Notes: a model not told the origin generated them from the letters alone. A stretch of DNA of 64,000 nucleotides from an uncultured Verrucomicrobiae bacterium (GCA_963707025.1 CAVPOM010000005.1:192001-256000), one strand, 5' to 3'; shown: positions 17,318 to 30,673, counted from the stretch's first letter. Translations and numbers: made by a program.

Positions 17318-18688
17318 ATGAAACTGCATCGCCTGGCATGGGTGGCGGGGATGGCCGGTTTGCCGCTGTCGCACTACTGGCTGGTCGCGCAAACCGAGCC
17401 TTTCTATTCGTCCATTTATTGTTTCCTGTGGTGGTCCTGCATCGGGGCGCTGGATTTTGCCGTTTATTGTCTGCGCGGCCATTCCCTGCTGCGCGATCAG
17501 CCGCGGGAGTTTTTGTTTCTGGCCATTTGGTCGGTGCCGGTGTGGCTGATATTTGAGCTGGCCAACCTGCGCCTGCACAATTGGTATTATGTGATGGCCC
17601 CGGCCAGTTTGACGTGGGGGACCCTGTTTCTGGTTCTGGCCTTCGCCACCGTGCTGCCCGGCCTTTTTGAAATGACGTCGCTGCTCCTGGCGCTGATGGA
17701 GAAATTCCTGCCGGGCGGAAGCATCCGCGGACGGCCCTTTTCCGTCAACGGCCCGGGCATCGGCCTGCAACTGGCCTTGGGAGCGGCCATGCTGGCGCTG
17801 CTGCTGATCTTTCCCGGCCATTGTTTTTGTCTGGTGTGGGGCTTTGCCTACTTTCTGACCAACCCTGTCTGTTACTGGCTTGGGCGCCGGGAGAAAAATC
17901 AGGCGGGCCGCAGCCTGCTCGGCCAGTTGGCGGCGGGCGACAACACCCGGCTGGTGGCGCTGCTCCTGGCCGGATTCATTTGCGGCGGGCTTTGGGAGGC
18001 CTGGAACTTCGGCGCGCGCACCAAGTGGATTTATTCGGTCCCTTACTTTGACGAGCTGAAACTGGGCGAAATGCCGGTCCTGGGGTTTTTGGGATTCCCA
18101 CCCTTCGCGCTGGAATGTTACGCGCTGGTCAATTTTCTGGGCCTGCTGCGGGACGGGCGCAATTGGGAATTGAGCGCGGCGGAAAACGGCGCGCGCCGCG
18201 GCATGCCCGGCTGGGGCGTGGCCCTGGCCGCGATGTTGCTGCCACTGGGCCTTGGCGCCGGGGCCGCTTTGATCGTCGAGCGGACGGTGGCTTCTTACGC
18301 CGCGCCGCTGGACTGGTATTTTTCCGGGGAGCTTGGCCCGGAAGGCGTCGAGGCCCTGCGGGAAAGGCACGCCTTGCAAGGAAATCAGTTCCTAAAATTG
18401 AAGGAGCGCCCGCCCGGCATGGATGCGGCCTTGTTTGCCCGGCTGCGGCGCGTCGCGGCGCTGGGGGAATTGAAGGGAATGGGGCTGGCCAACGCGCTGG
18501 CGCTGGAACGGTTGGGCATCCACGAGGTGGCGGATCTGGCGCGGCGCGATCCGGCGGAATTATTCTCCCGGCTCGTTGCGTTGCACCAGAATGTGCGGGC
18601 CGAAGAGGTCCGGCTTTGGGTAGGCCAGGCCCGGCGCAACCTGTTGCCATCGCCGCCGGCCCTCAAGGCAGATTGGTCGAACCCATGA
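17318..18688 (+). CDS. Polytopic membrane protein with C-terminal HhH (DUF4332-like) domain
   Basis: WEAWNF...KWIYSVP...[33 protein letters not shown]; 3' end overlaps gltD by 26 bp. Confidence 0.75.
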   Translation: MKLHRLAWVAGMAGLPLSHYWLVAQTEPFYSSIYCFLWWSCIGALDFAVYCLRGHSLLRDQPREFLFLAIWSVPVWLIFELANLRLHNWYYVMAPASLTWGTLFLVLAFATVLPGLFEMTSLLLALMEKFLPGGSIRGRPFSVNGPGIGLQLALGAAMLALLLIFPGHCFCLVWGFAYFLTNPVCYWLGRREKNQAGRSLLGQLAAGDNTRLVALLLAGFICGGLWEAWNFGARTKWIYSVPYFDELKLGEMPVLGFLGFPPFALECYALVNFLGLLRDGRNWELSAAENGARRGMPGWGVALAAMLLPLGLGAGAALIVERTVASYAAPLDWYFSGELGPEGVEALRERHALQGNQFLKLKERPPGMDAALFARLRRVAALGELKGMGLANALALERLGIHEVADLARRDPAELFSRLVALHQNVRAEEVRLWVGQARRNLLPSPPALKADWSNP

Positions 18689-20144
18689 GAAAACGGTCGC
18701 ACTCGCGCGCGGCGCCGCGGCCTTCGTTGAAGGCCCAGACGACCAGGCTCTGGCCGCGCCGGGCGTCGCCGGCGGCAAAGACGCCCTTGATGTTGGTGGC
18801 GTATTTTTCAAAGGCCGCCTTGACGTTGGAGCGGGCGTCGCGCTCGACGGCCAGTTGTTCCAGCAGGGGTTGTTCCGGCCCCAAAAAGCCCATGGCCAAA
18901 AGCACCAGTTGCGCCGGCAGGACTCGATCGGTTCCGGGAACTTCCTTGGGCACAAACTGCCCTTTCTCATTGCGCTGCCAGTCAATTTGCACGGTCTGGA
19001 CCGCTTTGACCCGCCCGTGTTCGTCGCCATCGAATTTTTTGGCGGTGGTCAGATAAACCCTGGGGTCGGCGCCGAATTTGGCCGCCGCTTCCTCCTGGCC
19101 GTAGTCCAGCTTATAGACCTTGGGCCATTCCGGCCACGGATTATCGCGGGCCCGCTCCAGGGGCGGGCGGGGCAGGATTTCCAGTTGCGCCAGGCTGCGG
19201 CAACCGTGCCGCAGGGCGGTGCCGACGCAATCGGTGCCGGTGTCGCCCCCGCCGATGACGATGACGTCCTTGCCGGCGGCGGAAATGGGGGGAGGTTTGT
19301 GGTGGCCATTGAGCAGGGTTTGGGTGTTGGCGTGGAGAAATTCCATGGCGAAATGGACGCCGGGCAGAAGCCGTCCCTCGACGGGCAGGTCGCGGGGTTG
19401 GGTCGCGCCGGTGCAGAGGATGACGGCGTCGAATTCCCGCAAGAGCCTGTCCGCCGGATAATTTGCGCCCACCTCGGTGTCGGTGAGGAAGGTGACGCCC
19501 TCCTCCTCCATTTGTTTGACACGGCGCAGCAGCAGCTTTTTGTCCAGTTTCATGTTGGGAATGCCGTACATGAGAAGCCCGCCAATGCGGTCCGAGCGCT
19601 CGAAGACGGTGACCAGATGGCCCGCGCGATTGCTCTGGGCGGCGGCGCAGAGGCCGGCTGGGCCGGAACCGACCACCGCCACTTTTTTGCCCGTGCGCCG
19701 GGAGGGGGCCTCGGGCTGGATCCAACCCTCCTCCCAGCCTTTGTCGGCAATGGCGCATTCGATGTTTTTGATGGTGACGGGCGGAGAGGTGATGCCCAGG
19801 ACGCAGGAACCTTCGCAGGGAGCTGGGCAGACGCGGCCGGTGAAGTCGGGGAAATTATTGGTTTTGTGCAGGCGGTCCAGGGCCTCGCGCCACAGCCCGC
19901 GGTAAAGCAGGTCGTTCCATTCTGGAATGAGGTTGTGGATGGGGCAGCCGGAAGCCATGCCGTTGAGGAGGCTGCCGGTGTGACAAAACGGAACACCGCA
20001 ATCCATGCAACGGGCGCCCTGCTCGCGCAGTTTGGATTCGTCGAGGCGGTGGTGGAACTCGTGCCAGTCGTGGATTCGTTCCAGGGCCGGGCGGTCCAGC
20101 GGCAATTCGCGCAAGTATTCCAAGAATCCGGTCGGTTTACCCAT
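18663..20144 (-). CDS. gltD: Glutamate synthase small subunit
   Basis: [44 protein letters not shown]. Confidence 0.97.
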   Translation of the reverse strand: MGKPTGFLEYLRELPLDRPALERIHDWHEFHHRLDESKLREQGARCMDCGVPFCHTGSLLNGMASGCPIHNLIPEWNDLLYRGLWREALDRLHKTNNFPDFTGRVCPAPCEGSCVLGITSPPVTIKNIECAIADKGWEEGWIQPEAPSRRTGKKVAVVGSGPAGLCAAAQSNRAGHLVTVFERSDRIGGLLMYGIPNMKLDKKLLLRRVKQMEEEGVTFLTDTEVGANYPADRLLREFDAVILCTGATQPRDLPVEGRLLPGVHFAMEFLHANTQTLLNGHHKPPPISAAGKDVIVIGGGDTGTDCVGTALRHGCRSLAQLEILPRPPLERARDNPWPEWPKVYKLDYGQEEAAAKFGADPRVYLTTAKKFDGDEHGRVKAVQTVQIDWQRNEKGQFVPKEVPGTDRVLPAQLVLLAMGFLGPEQPLLEQLAVERDARSNVKAAFEKYATNIKGVFAAGDARRGQSLVVWAFNEGRGAARECDRFLMGSTNLP

Positions 20145-20190
20145 GTTTGGTTGGCGGCTTCATGGCGGGGGTTGAGCGTCCGGTTTTGGC

Positions 20191-23100
20191 TTATCCGCCG
20201 CCGATGCGGGCCAAGTCGCGGGCATTGGCGGAAAAGGCGGCCATGACCGCTTCTTCGCCGCTCAAGCCGGCTTGCTCGGCGCTGGCGATGGCCTGGAGCA
20301 TGCGCTTGTAATCCTTGGGCATGACCTTGACGAATTTGGGGGTCATGTCCTCCCACAAGGCCAAAACTTTGAAGGCCCGCTGGCTGCGGGTGTGCTCTGC
20401 ATGACGATGAATCATCTGGCGGATTTGCTCGATCTCGGCCGGGTCTTCCAGCCGCTCCAGGGCCACGCCCTGCGGGTTGCAGTGCCGGGCAAAATCGCCG
20501 GCCTCGTCCAGCACGTAAGCCACGCCCCCGGACATGCCGGCGGCGAAGTTGCGTCCGGTGGAACCGAGCACGACCACCCGGCCGCCGGTCATGTATTCGC
20601 AGCCGTGATCGCCCACCGCTTCCACCACCGCGCTCAGGCCGCTGTTGCGCACGCAGAAGCGCTCGCCGGCCATGCCGCGGATGTAGGCCTCGCCCCGGGT
20701 CGCCCCGTAGAGCGCCACGTTGCCGATGATGATGTTTTCCTCCGGGACAAAGGTGGATCCTTCCGGCGGGTAAACAATAATTTTTCCCCCGGAGAGGCCC
20801 TTGCCCAGGTAATCGTTGGCGTCGCCTTCCAGGATGAAAGTCATGCCGGCCGGCAGGAAGGCGCCGAAGCTTTGCCCGGCCGAACCCTGGAATTGAATCC
20901 GGATGGTGTCCTCGGGCAAACCCGCCTGGCCATAGCGCCGCGTCAGTTCGCTGCCGACGATAGTGCCGACCACGCGGTTGACATTTTTAATGGGCAGGGT
21001 GACGCGGACCTTTTCGCCCCGAGCCAGCGCCGGCTGGCAAATTTTGAGGAGCAAGGTGTTGTCCAGCGCCTTGTCCAGGCCATGATCCTGCGCCTGCTGG
21101 CAGTAGCGGCCGACCGCCTCGGGCATTTTGGGCTGATACAGAATGTTGGTAAAATCCAGGCCGCGGGCCTTCCAATGCTCGATGGCTTCCCTGGGTTCGA
21201 GCAGGTCGGTGCGGCCGACCATCTCGGTCAATTTGCGGAAACCCAACTGGGCCATGATCTCCCGGACCTCCGCGGCCACGAAGCGCATGAAATTGACGGC
21301 ATGGGCCGGCTGGCCCGTGAAGCGTTTGCGCAGTTCCGGCTCCTGCGTGGCCACGCCCACCGGGCAGGTGTTGAGATGGCAGACGCGCATCATGATGCAG
21401 CCCAGGGCGACCAGGGGAGCGGTGGCAAAACCAAATTCCTCCGCCCCCAGCAGCGCCGCCACCACCACGTCGCGGCCGGTCTTGAGCTGGCCGTCGGTCT
21501 CCACCGCAATGCGGCTGCGCAAATTATTGAGTACCAGGGTCTGATGGGTTTCCGCCAGCCCCAGTTCCCACGGAATGCCGGCGTGCTTGATGCTGGTCTG
21601 GGGCGAGGCGCCGGTGCCGCCGTCGTAGCCGCTGATCAGCACCACGTCGGCATGGGCTTTGGCCACGCCGGCCGCCACTGTGCCCACGCCCACTTCGGCC
21701 ACCAGTTTGACGCTGATGCGCGCCCGCTGGTTGGCGTTCTTCAAATCGTGGATCAACTCGGCCAGATCCTCGATGGAATAAATGTCGTGGTGCGGCGGCG
21801 GGGAAATCAGCCCGACGCCCGGGGTGGCGTAACGCACCTTGGCAATCCAGGGAAAGACTTTCTGGCCGGGCAACTGTCCGCCCTCCCCCGGCTTGGCCCC
21901 TTGGGCCATCTTGATTTGCAGTTCCTGGGCGTTGACCAGATACCAACTGGTCACGCCAAAGCGGGCGGAGGCCACTTGCTTGATGGCGCTGTTCTTGGAA
22001 TCGCCGTTGGCTTCCAGCACGTAACGGGCCGGGTCTTCGCCGCCCTCGCCGGTGTTGCTTTTGCCCTGGATGCGGTTCATGGCGATGGCCAGGGTTTCGT
22101 GGGCCTCCTGGCTGATGGAGCCGTAGGACATGGCCCCGGTTTTGAAGCGCCGGACAATCGCCTCCACCGGCTCGACTTCCTCCAGAGGGACCGGCTGGGC
22201 CACGGGCTTCAATTCCAGCAAGCCGCGCAGGGTGCAGTGCTTTTTGGACTGGTCGTTGACCTGGCTGGAATAATTCTTGAAGGCCTGGTAATCGCCGTTG
22301 CGGCAGGCTTGTTGCAGGGCATGGACCGTTTGCGGATTGAAGAGGTGGAACTCCCCATCCGCCCGCCATTGATATTGGCCCCCGGCTTCCAGCACCGAGC
22401 CGTTGACCTGGCGGCCGGGAAAGGCCTGTTGATGGCGCGCCTGCACCTCGCGCGCGATCACCTCCAAACCAATCCCGCCCACCCGCGAAGCCGTCCCGGT
22501 GAAATACTTTTCAATGACCGACGGATGCAACCCGATGGCTTCAAAGATTTGCGCGCCGCGATAGCTTTGAATGGTGGAGATGCCCATCTTGGAGGTGACC
22601 TTGACCACGCCTTTGACGGCGGCCTTGACAAAATTCTTGCAGGCGTCCTTGTGCTTGATTTTGGTGAGCAAACCCTGGCGGATCATGTCGTCGAGCGTTT
22701 CAAAGGCGACGTACGGATTGATCGCTCCCGCCCCGTAGCCAATGAGCAGCGAAAAGTGATGCACCTCGCGCGGCTCGCCCGATTCCAGGACCAGCCCGAC
22801 CCGGGTGCGCGTGCCTTCCCGAATCAAATGATGATGCAGTCCCGCCACCGCCAGCAGCGCCGGAATGGGCGCCAATTCCGGGTCCACGCCGCGGTCGGAC
22901 AGAATGAGGATGTTGGCGCCCGACTCGACCGCGCCGCTGGCGCAGAGGCACAAATCGTCCAGGGCCTTGACCAGCGCCGCCTCGCCGTCGCCGGCCTTGA
23001 AGAGAATGGGCAGGGTGAAGGATTTAAAGCCGGCCTGGTTGATGTACTTGAGCTTGGCAAATTCCTCGTTGGTCAGAATGGGCGTTTTCAGCTCGAGCAA

Positions 23101-24813
23101 ATTGCAGCTCATCGGCTTGGGCTTGAGCAAATTGCGCTCCGAGCCGATGGTGGTTTCGGCCGAGGTGACCAGTTCTTCGCGGATGCAATCAATCGGCGGA
23201 TTGGTCACCTGGGCAAAGAGTTGCTTGAAATAATTGTAGAGCAGTTGCGGCTTGTTGGACAACACGGCCAGGGGCGTGTCGGTGCCCATGGAGCCGACCG
23301 CTTCAACCCCGTCGCGCGCCATCGGGGCCATGATGATGCGCAGGTCTTCAAAGGTGTAACCGAAGGCCTGCTGCCGTTGCAGCACGGTCTGATGCGACGG
23401 TTCGGGGGCATGCACCGCCTCGGGCACGGCCGCCAGTTCGAGCATGTGTTTGTTGAGCCATTCCCGGTAAGGCTGTTCGCCGGCAATCGTCCGCTTGATT
23501 TCCTCGTCGGCCACAATCCGCCCCTCCTCCGTGTCCACCAGGAACATCCGCCCCGGCTGCAGCCGCCCCTTGCGCAGCACCCGCTCCGGCGGCACCTCCA
23601 GCACGCCCACCTCGGAGGCCATGATGACCAGGTCGTCCTTGGTCACATAATAGCGCGAGGGCCGCAGCCCGTTGCGGTCCAGCACGGCGCCGATTTTTTT
23701 GCCGTCGGTAAAGGCAATGGAGGCGGGGCCGTCCCACGGCTCCATCAGGCAACTGTGGTATTCGTAAAAGGCCTTTTTCTCCTCGCTCATCGTGGCGTGG
23801 TTGGTCCAAGGCTCCGGAATCATCATCATGACGGCGTGGGGCAGGGAGCGTCCGGCCAGCACCAGCAGCTCCAGGCAGTTGTCAAACATCGCCGAATCGC
23901 TCCCGTCCGGGTTGATCACCGGCAGGAGCTTGGGCAGGTCGCTGCCGAAAAGGTCGCTCTGGAACATGGCCTGGCGGGCGTGCATCCAGTTGATGTTGCC
24001 GCGCAGGGTGTTGATCTCGCCGTTGTGCGCGATGTAGCGGTAGGGATGGGCCCGGTCCCAGCTCGGAAAGGTGTTGGTGCTGAAACGGGAGTGGACGAGC
24101 GCCAGCGCGCTCTCCATGGCCGGGCTGGCCAGGTCGGGATAATACTGGTCCATCTGCTCGGTCAGGAGCATGCCCTTGTAAACCAGGGTGCGCGCCGAAA
24201 GACTGGAAATGTAAAAGGAATGCCCGCCGCGCACCGTGCCGTAGCGGATGGCCCGCTCGGCCCGCTTGCGGATGACGTAGAGCTTGCGCTCGAAGGCCAG
24301 GTCATCGGTCAGCTTGGGGTTGCGCCGCAGGAAGGCCTGCTGCACGAACGGCTCCCCCGCCCTGGCTGTCTCCCCCAGGCTCGCGTTGTTGGTCGGCACC
24401 ACCCGCCAGCCCAAAAACTTTTGCCCTTCTTCCACGACGATGTTCTCAAACATCTTTTCGCAGGTGCGCCGTTCATTGCCGTCGCGCGGCAGGAAGACCA
24501 TCCCCACCCCGTAATCGCCCAGCGGCGGCAGCTTGATCTTCTCCTTGCGGCAGACCTCCTTGAAGAACCCGTGCGGGATCTGCATCAGAATCCCCGCCCC
24601 GTCCCCGGTGTTGGCCTCGCAGCCGCAGGCCCCGCGATGATTCAAATTGATCAGAATGGTCAGGGCGTCGCGCAGGATCTGGTGCGATTTCTTTCCCTTG
24701 AGGTTGACGACAAAGCCCACCCCGCAGGCCTCATGCTCATATTGCGGGTCATAAAGACCTTGTTTCGGAGGCCATCCGGCCGGCGCTCCCGGCATTGTTG
24801 GTTGCTGACTCAT
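20191..24813 (-). CDS. gltB: Glutamate synthase large subunit
   Basis: [57 protein letters not shown]-terminal domain. Confidence 0.98.
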   Translation of the reverse strand: MSQQPTMPGAPAGWPPKQGLYDPQYEHEACGVGFVVNLKGKKSHQILRDALTILINLNHRGACGCEANTGDGAGILMQIPHGFFKEVCRKEKIKLPPLGDYGVGMVFLPRDGNERRTCEKMFENIVVEEGQKFLGWRVVPTNNASLGETARAGEPFVQQAFLRRNPKLTDDLAFERKLYVIRKRAERAIRYGTVRGGHSFYISSLSARTLVYKGMLLTEQMDQYYPDLASPAMESALALVHSRFSTNTFPSWDRAHPYRYIAHNGEINTLRGNINWMHARQAMFQSDLFGSDLPKLLPVINPDGSDSAMFDNCLELLVLAGRSLPHAVMMMIPEPWTNHATMSEEKKAFYEYHSCLMEPWDGPASIAFTDGKKIGAVLDRNGLRPSRYYVTKDDLVIMASEVGVLEVPPERVLRKGRLQPGRMFLVDTEEGRIVADEEIKRTIAGEQPYREWLNKHMLELAAVPEAVHAPEPSHQTVLQRQQAFGYTFEDLRIIMAPMARDGVEAVGSMGTDTPLAVLSNKPQLLYNYFKQLFAQVTNPPIDCIREELVTSAETTIGSERNLLKPKPMSCNLLELKTPILTNEEFAKLKYINQAGFKSFTLPILFKAGDGEAALVKALDDLCLCASGAVESGANILILSDRGVDPELAPIPALLAVAGLHHHLIREGTRTRVGLVLESGEPREVHHFSLLIGYGAGAINPYVAFETLDDMIRQGLLTKIKHKDACKNFVKAAVKGVVKVTSKMGISTIQSYRGAQIFEAIGLHPSVIEKYFTGTASRVGGIGLEVIAREVQARHQQAFPGRQVNGSVLEAGGQYQWRADGEFHLFNPQTVHALQQACRNGDYQAFKNYSSQVNDQSKKHCTLRGLLELKPVAQPVPLEEVEPVEAIVRRFKTGAMSYGSISQEAHETLAIAMNRIQGKSNTGEGGEDPARYVLEANGDSKNSAIKQVASARFGVTSWYLVNAQELQIKMAQGAKPGEGGQLPGQKVFPWIAKVRYATPGVGLISPPPHHDIYSIEDLAELIHDLKNANQRARISVKLVAEVGVGTVAAGVAKAHADVVLISGYDGGTGASPQTSIKHAGIPWELGLAETHQTLVLNNLRSRIAVETDGQLKTGRDVVVAALLGAEEFGFATAPLVALGCIMMRVCHLNTCPVGVATQEPELRKRFTGQPAHAVNFMRFVAAEVREIMAQLGFRKLTEMVGRTDLLEPREAIEHWKARGLDFTNILYQPKMPEAVGRYCQQAQDHGLDKALDNTLLLKICQPALARGEKVRVTLPIKNVNRVVGTIVGSELTRRYGQAGLPEDTIRIQFQGSAGQSFGAFLPAGMTFILEGDANDYLGKGLSGGKIIVYPPEGSTFVPEENIIIGNVALYGATRGEAYIRGMAGERFCVRNSGLSAVVEAVGDHGCEYMTGGRVVVLGSTGRNFAAGMSGGVAYVLDEAGDFARHCNPQGVALERLEDPAEIEQIRQMIHRHAEHTRSQRAFKVLALWEDMTPKFVKVMPKDYKRMLQAIASAEQAGLSGEEAVMAAFSANARDLARIGGG

Positions 24814-24975
24814 CGGCTCACGCGGACTCTCTCACAACTAATTTTGCTATTCTTTACTCGATTTTGTCAAAGGTGCAACAACGGAGTTGATCTTTTTTAC
24901 CCAGCCGCCCAAAAATGACATGCAAATCCGTTTGACTTGCCGCCGCCAAAGGCCATAATCCACCCACACCGACGT

Positions 24976-25494
24976 ATGCCAAGACTTGTCATTCTGAGCG
25001 AAGGACTGACCGGAAAAGCTCACGAGCTGAGCGCGGAAAAAACCACCATCGGCCGGGTGGAGGACAACGCTTTCCAAATCCCGGAAGCCTCCGTCTCCAG
25101 CCATCACTGCGAAATCCTGCTGCGCGGCCCGGACATCGTGCTGCGGGACCTCAACTCCACCAACGGCACCTTCATCAACGGACAGCAGCTCGCCGGCGAA
25201 GCGATCCTGAAAGCGGGCCAGATCATCCGGCTGGGACAGGTGGAAATGCGCCTGGAAAATGTCGAGGCCAAATCCGCCGCCGCCTCCAAAAAGCTCCCCG
25301 ATCAAACCATGGTCATCCCCCAGGGCGTCAAGCTGGGCCTGGACACCTCCACCAAGGTCGTCGCCTTCGACAAGGCCAAAAGCGGCTTTGCGAAAAAGAA
25401 CAACACCGGCACCAAGATTTTCATCGCGGTGGCCGTGGCGGTTTTCCTCGTCCTGATCGGGGTGATTATTTATCTGGTCAAAAAAGCCGGCTGA
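24976..25494 (+). CDS. FHA-domain protein with C-terminal membrane anchor
   Basis: TIGR..DN, SVSSHHC, DLNSTNGTFING. Confidence 0.9.
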   Translation: MPRLVILSEGLTGKAHELSAEKTTIGRVEDNAFQIPEASVSSHHCEILLRGPDIVLRDLNSTNGTFINGQQLAGEAILKAGQIIRLGQVEMRLENVEAKSAAASKKLPDQTMVIPQGVKLGLDTSTKVVAFDKAKSGFAKKNNTGTKIFIAVAVAVFLVLIGVIIYLVKKAG

Positions 25495-25581
25495 CCCCGG
25501 CTGTGGCCTTGCCGGGCCGGCCCTCCGGCACGTTTTGGATTTCCTGATCCTGATTTCAGCCCGTCCGTCCCGGGCTTTTCC

Positions 25582-26589
25582 TTACCGCCCCTCCTGCAGC
25601 CACCGCGCCGCCTGCGCCGCCGCATAGGTGAAGATGAAATCCGCCCCGGCCCGGCGCATCGCCAGCAAGGTTTCCAGTGTCACCGCCCGCTCGTCAATCC
25701 AACCCCGGGCCCCCGCCGCCTTTATCATCGCATACTCCCCGCTGACCGCGTAGGCCCCGGTCGGATAGCCGAATTCGGTCTTGACCCTGTACAACACATC
25801 CAGATAGGCCAGCGCCGGCTTGACCATCACCATGTCCGCCCCCTCCGCGATATCCAAAGCCGTCTCCCGCAATGCCTCCCGCGCGTTGGCCCCGTCCATT
25901 TGGTAACTCCGCCGGTCCCCGAACTTGGGCGCCGATTCCGCCGCCTCCCGAAACGGCCCGTAATAAGCCGAGGCAAATTTTGCGGCATAAGAAAGGATGG
26001 CGGTGCCGCTGAACCCGCGCCGGTCCAACTCCTGGCGGATGGCCCCCACCCGTCCGTCCATCATGTCGCTGGGCGCCACCACATCCGCCCCGGCCTCCGC
26101 GTGACTCAACGCCGTGCGCGCCAGCAGGGGCAAGGTCAGATCGTTGGCCACTTCGCCGCCCTGTTCCCGGCGCACGATGCCGCAATGGCCGTGGCTCATG
26201 TATTCACACAGGCACACATCGGTCATCACGATCAAATCCGGCAACTCTTTCTTGAGCAACCGCACCGTCTGCTGCACAATGCCGTCGCGGGCATAGGCGC
26301 CCGAGGCCTTTTCATCCTTCGCCTCCGGAATCCCGAACAATAAAACCGCCGGCACCCCCAGGGCGTGGGCCTGCTCCGCGGCGCGCGCCACCTCATCGGG
26401 CGAAAGTTGGAACACCCCCGGCATCGAGGCCACCGGCCGCCGCGCCTTGCGCCCGCACCGCGCAAAAAGCGGCAGGACCAACTGCCCGGCCTCCAGCGTC
26501 GTCTCCCGCACCATCCGCCGCAACGCCGCCGTCCGGCGCAACCGCCGCGGCCGGTAACTGGGAAATTGCCCGATCCATCCGGAATTCAT
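25582..26589 (-). CDS. hemB: Porphobilinogen synthase
   Basis: [44 protein letters not shown]. Confidence 0.97.
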   Translation of the reverse strand: MNSGWIGQFPSYRPRRLRRTAALRRMVRETTLEAGQLVLPLFARCGRKARRPVASMPGVFQLSPDEVARAAEQAHALGVPAVLLFGIPEAKDEKASGAYARDGIVQQTVRLLKKELPDLIVMTDVCLCEYMSHGHCGIVRREQGGEVANDLTLPLLARTALSHAEAGADVVAPSDMMDGRVGAIRQELDRRGFSGTAILSYAAKFASAYYGPFREAAESAPKFGDRRSYQMDGANAREALRETALDIAEGADMVMVKPALAYLDVLYRVKTEFGYPTGAYAVSGEYAMIKAAGARGWIDERAVTLETLLAMRRAGADFIFTYAAAQAARWLQEGR

Positions 26590-26785
26590 GCCCCCGACCT
26601 TAACCGATCCCCTCCGCCGCGGCAATCCCCGACTCTCCGTCCCCATTCGCCCCAGGCCGCGCCTGCGTCCCATCAGCCCATCACTCCGCCGCTCCGTCCT
26701 GGCGCGGCCGCCGCCGTCCGTCCCAGCCAGCCTGCGGAGAAGTTTTGCCCTTTCGCCGCCCGGCCAAAACAGTTATCCTCCCGGC

Positions 26786-27370
26786 ATGCTCAAAAAATCC
26801 ATCACGGTGTTTGTGCCGGTCGCCATGATCCTTGCGCTGTGCCTGTTCTTTGGGGCCTATTCCAACACCGGGGGTCTTTTCCGCAATGCCCGCATGGTCG
26901 GCACCGCCACCATTTTGCGCCAGGTCCAAACCCTTTCCCAATTGGTCACCGTCAAGTGCGTGCTGGAAAAGTTCGTGGATGTTCGCGACACCAAATGGTA
27001 TCCGGGCGGTGAAAACAAGGTGCTCCTCCTGGCCGACGGCGTGGTCAAAGCCGGCATCAACCTGACCAATCTCCAGCCGTCGGACATCCAGATCACCGGC
27101 AAAAAGCTCACCCTCACCCTGCCCCACCCCGTCATCACCGATGTCTATTTGGACGATCACCACACCCAAGTCCTGGAACGCTCCACCGGCATCTTGCGCG
27201 CTTTCGACAAGGATCTGGAACAAAACGCCCGCCAACAGGCCGTGGATGAACTCCGCGTTCTGGCCCTGGACCGGGAGATTTTGAAGGACGCCCAGGACCG
27301 CGCCAAGGCGCTGCTCACCGCCCTTTTCCTCCAAAACGGCTTTGCTGAAGTCGAGATTAAATCGCACTGA
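26786..27370 (+). CDS. DUF4230-like protein
   Basis: N-terminal TM, LSQLVTVK, GVVKAGINL, LTLPHPVI. Confidence 0.8.
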   Translation: MLKKSITVFVPVAMILALCLFFGAYSNTGGLFRNARMVGTATILRQVQTLSQLVTVKCVLEKFVDVRDTKWYPGGENKVLLLADGVVKAGINLTNLQPSDIQITGKKLTLTLPHPVITDVYLDDHHTQVLERSTGILRAFDKDLEQNARQQAVDELRVLALDREILKDAQDRAKALLTALFLQNGFAEVEIKSH

Positions 27371-27425
27371 TCCGCAAATCCCGCTTGGCAGCCCCCGGCG
27401 CTTTTGTTTAGCTGTGGCGCGTTTC

Positions 27426-29642
27426 ATGAAGTTATACCCGCCGAACGTGGTGGTCGCGCTGGCCCTGGCAGCCCTGGCTTGTCAAGCACAACAAGAGCCT
27501 TCCCACCTTTTCGGCGCCAGCTCCAACTCCGTCGCCCTCAGCCAGGGCGACACCAACACCTTCCGCAACGGCGTCATCCTCAGCAACCAGAACTTCTTCG
27601 GCTCGGCCGGCTCGGCCGTCTTCAACCGCCGCACCGGCGCCGTCCTGGCCGAGGGCGATGTCGTCATCCTGGATCATGGCCGCATCTGGCGGGGCAGCAA
27701 CGTCCTCTACAATTTCAACACCGGCGAAGTTCGCGCCGGGGCCTTCAAGACCGTCGAGCTGCCCTTCAACCTCTCCGGCCAGTTCCTGGCCGGCGACACC
27801 AAAAACCAGGTCTATTCCACCGCCGACGCCATCGTCACCACCGACGACTACGCCAAACCGGTCTATCACATCCACGCCCGCTTCATCACCATTGTCCCCG
27901 GCCAATACTTCGAGGCGCACGACGCCACCCTCTATTTGGGGTCCGTCCCCGTTTTTTACTGGCCCTACTACCACCGCAACCTGGAAAAGCATCCCGATAA
28001 TTTCGAGTTCACCCCCGGTTACCGCAGCACCTACGGCGCCTTTTTGTTGGGCGCCTTCAACTGGTACGGCGATACCAACCTGGACGGCACCCTCCACCTG
28101 GACGAACGCAGCCGGCGCGGCCTGGCGGGCGGACCCGATCTGGTCTTCCACCTCCGCGACTACGGCCAGGCCATCTTCCGCTATTACTATGCCCGGGACC
28201 AGGACCCCACCGCTGAAGGGTTTATCGTGCCCCACCTGAAAGCGGACCGCGACCGCATGAGTTTTGATTACACCAGCCGGCCGTCCACCAATTTCTCCGC
28301 CAAAATCATCGCCAATTACCAAAGCGATCCCCTGGTCCTGCGCGACTTCTTTGAACACGAATACCGCGCCGACATCGAGCCGGCTTCCTACGGCGAGGTC
28401 AATCAACTCTGGCCCAACTTCACCCTCGACGCCATGGCCCAGCCCCGGCTGGTCAACTTCTTTGAAACCGTCGAACGCCTGCCCGACATCAAGTTCACCG
28501 GCTTGCGCCAGCAACTGGGCGCCACTCCCATTTTCTACCAAAGCGAATCTTCCGTCGGCTACTTCCGCCACGATTTTTCCGACACCAACTATCCCGGCGA
28601 CACCAACTACTCCGCCACCCGCGCCAACACCGTCCATCAATTCACCCTGCCCGAAACTTACTTCGGCTGGCTCAACGTCACCCCGCGCGTGGGCGGGCGC
28701 CTGACCTATTACAGCGCGGTGGACGGCGTCACCACCCCCACCAACGCCCAAACCCGCGCCGTCTTCAATACCGGGGTGGATTTCTCCCTCAAAGCCTTCA
28801 AGGTTTACCCGCAGGCGGAGAGTTCCTTTTGGGACGTGCATGAATTGCGCCACCTCATCGAGCCGGACATCAACTACGCTTACGTGCCCGCCCCCTCGCG
28901 CGCTCCCGCCCAACTGCCCCAATTCGACAGCGAATTGCCCAGCCTGCGCCTGTTGCCCATGGAATACCCGGATTACAACTCGATTGATTCCATTGACAAG
29001 CAGAATTTCCTCCGCCTGACCCTGCGCAACGTCCTCCAGACCAAACGCGACAACCGCATCGAAGAATTCATCAATTGGGCCATCTACACCGATTGGAACC
29101 TCACGCCCGGCACCAACCACGTCCTGTCCGATTTCTACTCCGACCTGGCCTTCCGGCCCCGCAATTGGATCCGCCTGGACTCCTCCTTGCGTTACGATTT
29201 GCCCGATCATCGCTGGCGCGACAGCGTTGACACCCTTACCATGACCCCCAACAGCACCTGGAGCCTGGCTCTGAGCTACCGTTATCTCATGAACAACGAT
29301 CCGGAATTCCTGACCGCTCCCGGCCAAACCTTGCCCGGCCACAATCTGTTCGGCGTCAGCACCCACTACCGGCTGAACGAAAACTGGGGCGTTCACATCG
29401 CCGAGCGTTTCGAAGCGGAGAACGGCAGCCTGGAGGAGCAGGATTACACCCTCTACCGCGACCTGCGCAGTTGGACTGGAGCCTTGACCTTTCGCGTCAC
29501 CGAAGGCCCCGGCCAGCCCACCGATTTCACCGTGGCTTTGACTCTTTCCCTCAAAGCCTTCCCCCGTTTCCCCCTCGGCTACGACACCGACCGCCCCCAC
29601 AACCTCGTCCGCCCTTACTCCCCCTCGGACTCCCTCTACTAA
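27426..29642 (+). CDS. lptD: LPS assembly outer-membrane protein LptD
   Basis: Signal peptide, LAEGDVVI jellyroll, LYLGSVPVFYWPY, ERLPDI, HLIEPDINY, beta-barrel pattern. Confidence 0.82.
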   Translation: MKLYPPNVVVALALAALACQAQQEPSHLFGASSNSVALSQGDTNTFRNGVILSNQNFFGSAGSAVFNRRTGAVLAEGDVVILDHGRIWRGSNVLYNFNTGEVRAGAFKTVELPFNLSGQFLAGDTKNQVYSTADAIVTTDDYAKPVYHIHARFITIVPGQYFEAHDATLYLGSVPVFYWPYYHRNLEKHPDNFEFTPGYRSTYGAFLLGAFNWYGDTNLDGTLHLDERSRRGLAGGPDLVFHLRDYGQAIFRYYYARDQDPTAEGFIVPHLKADRDRMSFDYTSRPSTNFSAKIIANYQSDPLVLRDFFEHEYRADIEPASYGEVNQLWPNFTLDAMAQPRLVNFFETVERLPDIKFTGLRQQLGATPIFYQSESSVGYFRHDFSDTNYPGDTNYSATRANTVHQFTLPETYFGWLNVTPRVGGRLTYYSAVDGVTTPTNAQTRAVFNTGVDFSLKAFKVYPQAESSFWDVHELRHLIEPDINYAYVPAPSRAPAQLPQFDSELPSLRLLPMEYPDYNSIDSIDKQNFLRLTLRNVLQTKRDNRIEEFINWAIYTDWNLTPGTNHVLSDFYSDLAFRPRNWIRLDSSLRYDLPDHRWRDSVDTLTMTPNSTWSLALSYRYLMNNDPEFLTAPGQTLPGHNLFGVSTHYRLNENWGVHIAERFEAENGSLEEQDYTLYRDLRSWTGALTFRVTEGPGQPTDFTVALTLSLKAFPRFPLGYDTDRPHNLVRPYSPSDSLY

Positions 29643-29676
29643 TCTTAATCCTAATCTCCCAAAACCCCTTCCGCCA

Positions 29677-30673
29677 ATGCGACGCCTCCTCCTTCTCTCC
29701 CTCCTGCTTCCCGCCCAACTCAGCCCTGCCCATGCCCAATCTCCAACGCCCCCGCCGCCACCAGGAAAACTCGCGCCGCGCCCTCTTTTCCGCGACCCCA
29801 TTTTCGACGCCCCCACCGATCCGGTCCTCTGCTTCGTCGCCGAGCAGAATAAATGGTTCATGTACCTACACCCAGCGCCGCGCCACTGCCACCAACACCC
29901 CGGGCGTCACCTGGGTCCACGGCACCCGCATCGGCATGGCCCAATCCTCCGATGGCGGCGCCACCTGGACCTACCGCGGCCAAGCCCAAATCGCTTACGG
30001 CCTAGACACCCACCCCGACGACTGCACCTATTGGGTTCCCGAAGTCATCTGGTTTCAGGACACCTACCACATGTACCTCACCTTCGTCCCCGGCATTTTC
30101 ACCGACTGGAACCACCCCCGCCAAATCGTCCACCTCACCAGCAAGGACGGCGTCAAATGGGACACCGTCGCCCCGCTGGATTTGCAGTCCGATCGCGTCA
30201 TTGATCCCTGCGTCATGCAAATTCCCGGCGGCGTCTGGCGCATGTGGTATAAAGACGAACGCAAAACCCCCACCCTCTCCTACGCGGACAGCCCGGACCT
30301 TTACCAATGGCAGGCCAAAGGCAATGCCGTCACCAACTTCAGCGGCGAAGGCCCCAAAGTCTTTCATTGGAAAGAAAAATTCTGGCTCATCGCCGACTGT
30401 TGGGCCAACGGCATGCGCGTCTGGGTTTCCGACGACTGCCTCCACTGGCAGCTTCAGTCCGAGCCGCTCTTCGGCTCCCATGGCGATGTTGTCGTCAGCG
30501 GCGGCCGCGCCTGGTGGTTTTATTTCGGGGGCGACCGTCCGCCGGTGCGGGGCCGCCGCACCACCGCCATCAACGTCGTCGAACTCACCGTCGCGGGCGG
30601 CAAACTCCTCCCCGGCGACCGCGACCAGCCGACCTACCTGGACCTAAAACCCATCCGCGAAGAAGAACGCTGA
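29677..30673 (+). CDS. Secreted five-bladed beta-propeller glycoside hydrolase (GH43-like), one frameshift near 29865
   Basis: PLFRDPIFDAPTDP..KWFMY continues in another frame as YTQRRA..HGTRIG..YWVPEV..VIDPCV..GEGPKVF. Confidence 0.8.

Noticed and set aside
20272..24918. 1548-aa plus-strand ORF and other long antisense ORFs (e.g. 4503-6428, 27432-29861)
   Set aside because: Shadows of well-supported genes on the opposite strand, expected at high GC
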